Positions 63,531 to 64,000 of a DNA stretch of 64,000 bases are shown piece after piece. The notes below the pieces were generated by a model. The model searched no databases, was not told the DNA's origin, and saw only the letters and a list, made by a program, of their open reading frames with translations. Source of the DNA: the human T2T-CHM13v2.0 reference genome, Homo sapiens. Position 1 is the stretch's first letter. Each line of letters opens with the position of its first letter. Both the position numbers and the translations under genes were made by a program. The stretch is from assembly GCF_009914755.1 (NCBI RefSeq), contig NC_060930.1. One strand, 5' to 3'.

Positions 63531-64000
63531 TTGAGAAAATGAAGCCCACTGTTCCAATTTTTATTTTATTTCTTTTGATCTAAGAGAAAAACTGCATAGT
63601 CTAGTAATATACTTAGTAAAAAGACCAACTATTGTACTCTGTGAAGTTAATGTTATGAGGGTTGGATGTGTCTTAGAATCTGATCATGGAGTTAATTTTA
63701 CTGTATTGCAAGATTTTAAGATGAGCTGGTGTTCTCTTGTTATGCCCATATGCCATCATTCCCTCCCCCCTCACCCAGAATGTGAATAGTATTCCCATTG
63801 TGGGAACTGCTGATTGACATCAAGGCACTCTGTTGTCATGGCTCTAGTTTAAAAATGTGAAAGAAACTAGATCTTTTCAACCTAAAGGTTCTCTCTGTAT
63901 AGTTAATTAAAGACATTTTAAGAAGACATTTGGATTATAGGAAAGTGATGATATCACGTTATGACATTTATTCCTTACCCCAAGAATCTCAGTAATTGGT

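Overview
This is AT-rich, repeat-dense primate (almost certainly human) intronic DNA. I find no supportable protein-coding gene, CRISPR array, rRNA or tRNA; the listed ORFs are chance ORFs or come from Alu, L1, LTR and microsatellite sequence. The window holds one well-formed 174-nt non-coding exon at 35567-35740 (+). From memory, not a database check, I recognise it as an exon of the lncRNA CASC15 (6p22.3, SOX4 neighbourhood), and it appears to derive from an antisense MIR. The rest is about 20 Alu copies or fragments, several old L1s (L1ME/MC, L1PA15/16-like, L1PB-like), solo LTRs (MER57, two THE1, MER39/34-like, MER21, MamGypLTR-like), DNA transposons (two Tigger3a, MER58A, MER33), MIR/L2 remnants and a tailless 7SK retropseudogene. 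The most striking unexplained structure is a ~140-bp locally templated insertion at 17418-17578. It is a 109-bp inverted copy (106/109 identical) of the specific Tigger3a 2.5 kb downstream, plus a 32-bp fold-back arm, flanked by a 12-bp direct repeat with microhomology at all three junctions. It mimics a new MITE but looks like a fossil template-switch repair event. Related scars include nested palindromes at 58.9-59.1 kb, an L1 filler at a deletion junction and a fused head-to-head Alu pair. I also report recursive-splice-like AG|GT sites and a repeat-free block rich in homeodomain motifs. Repeat subfamily names are by-eye matches to remembered consensus sequences, and old-repeat boundaries are approximate.
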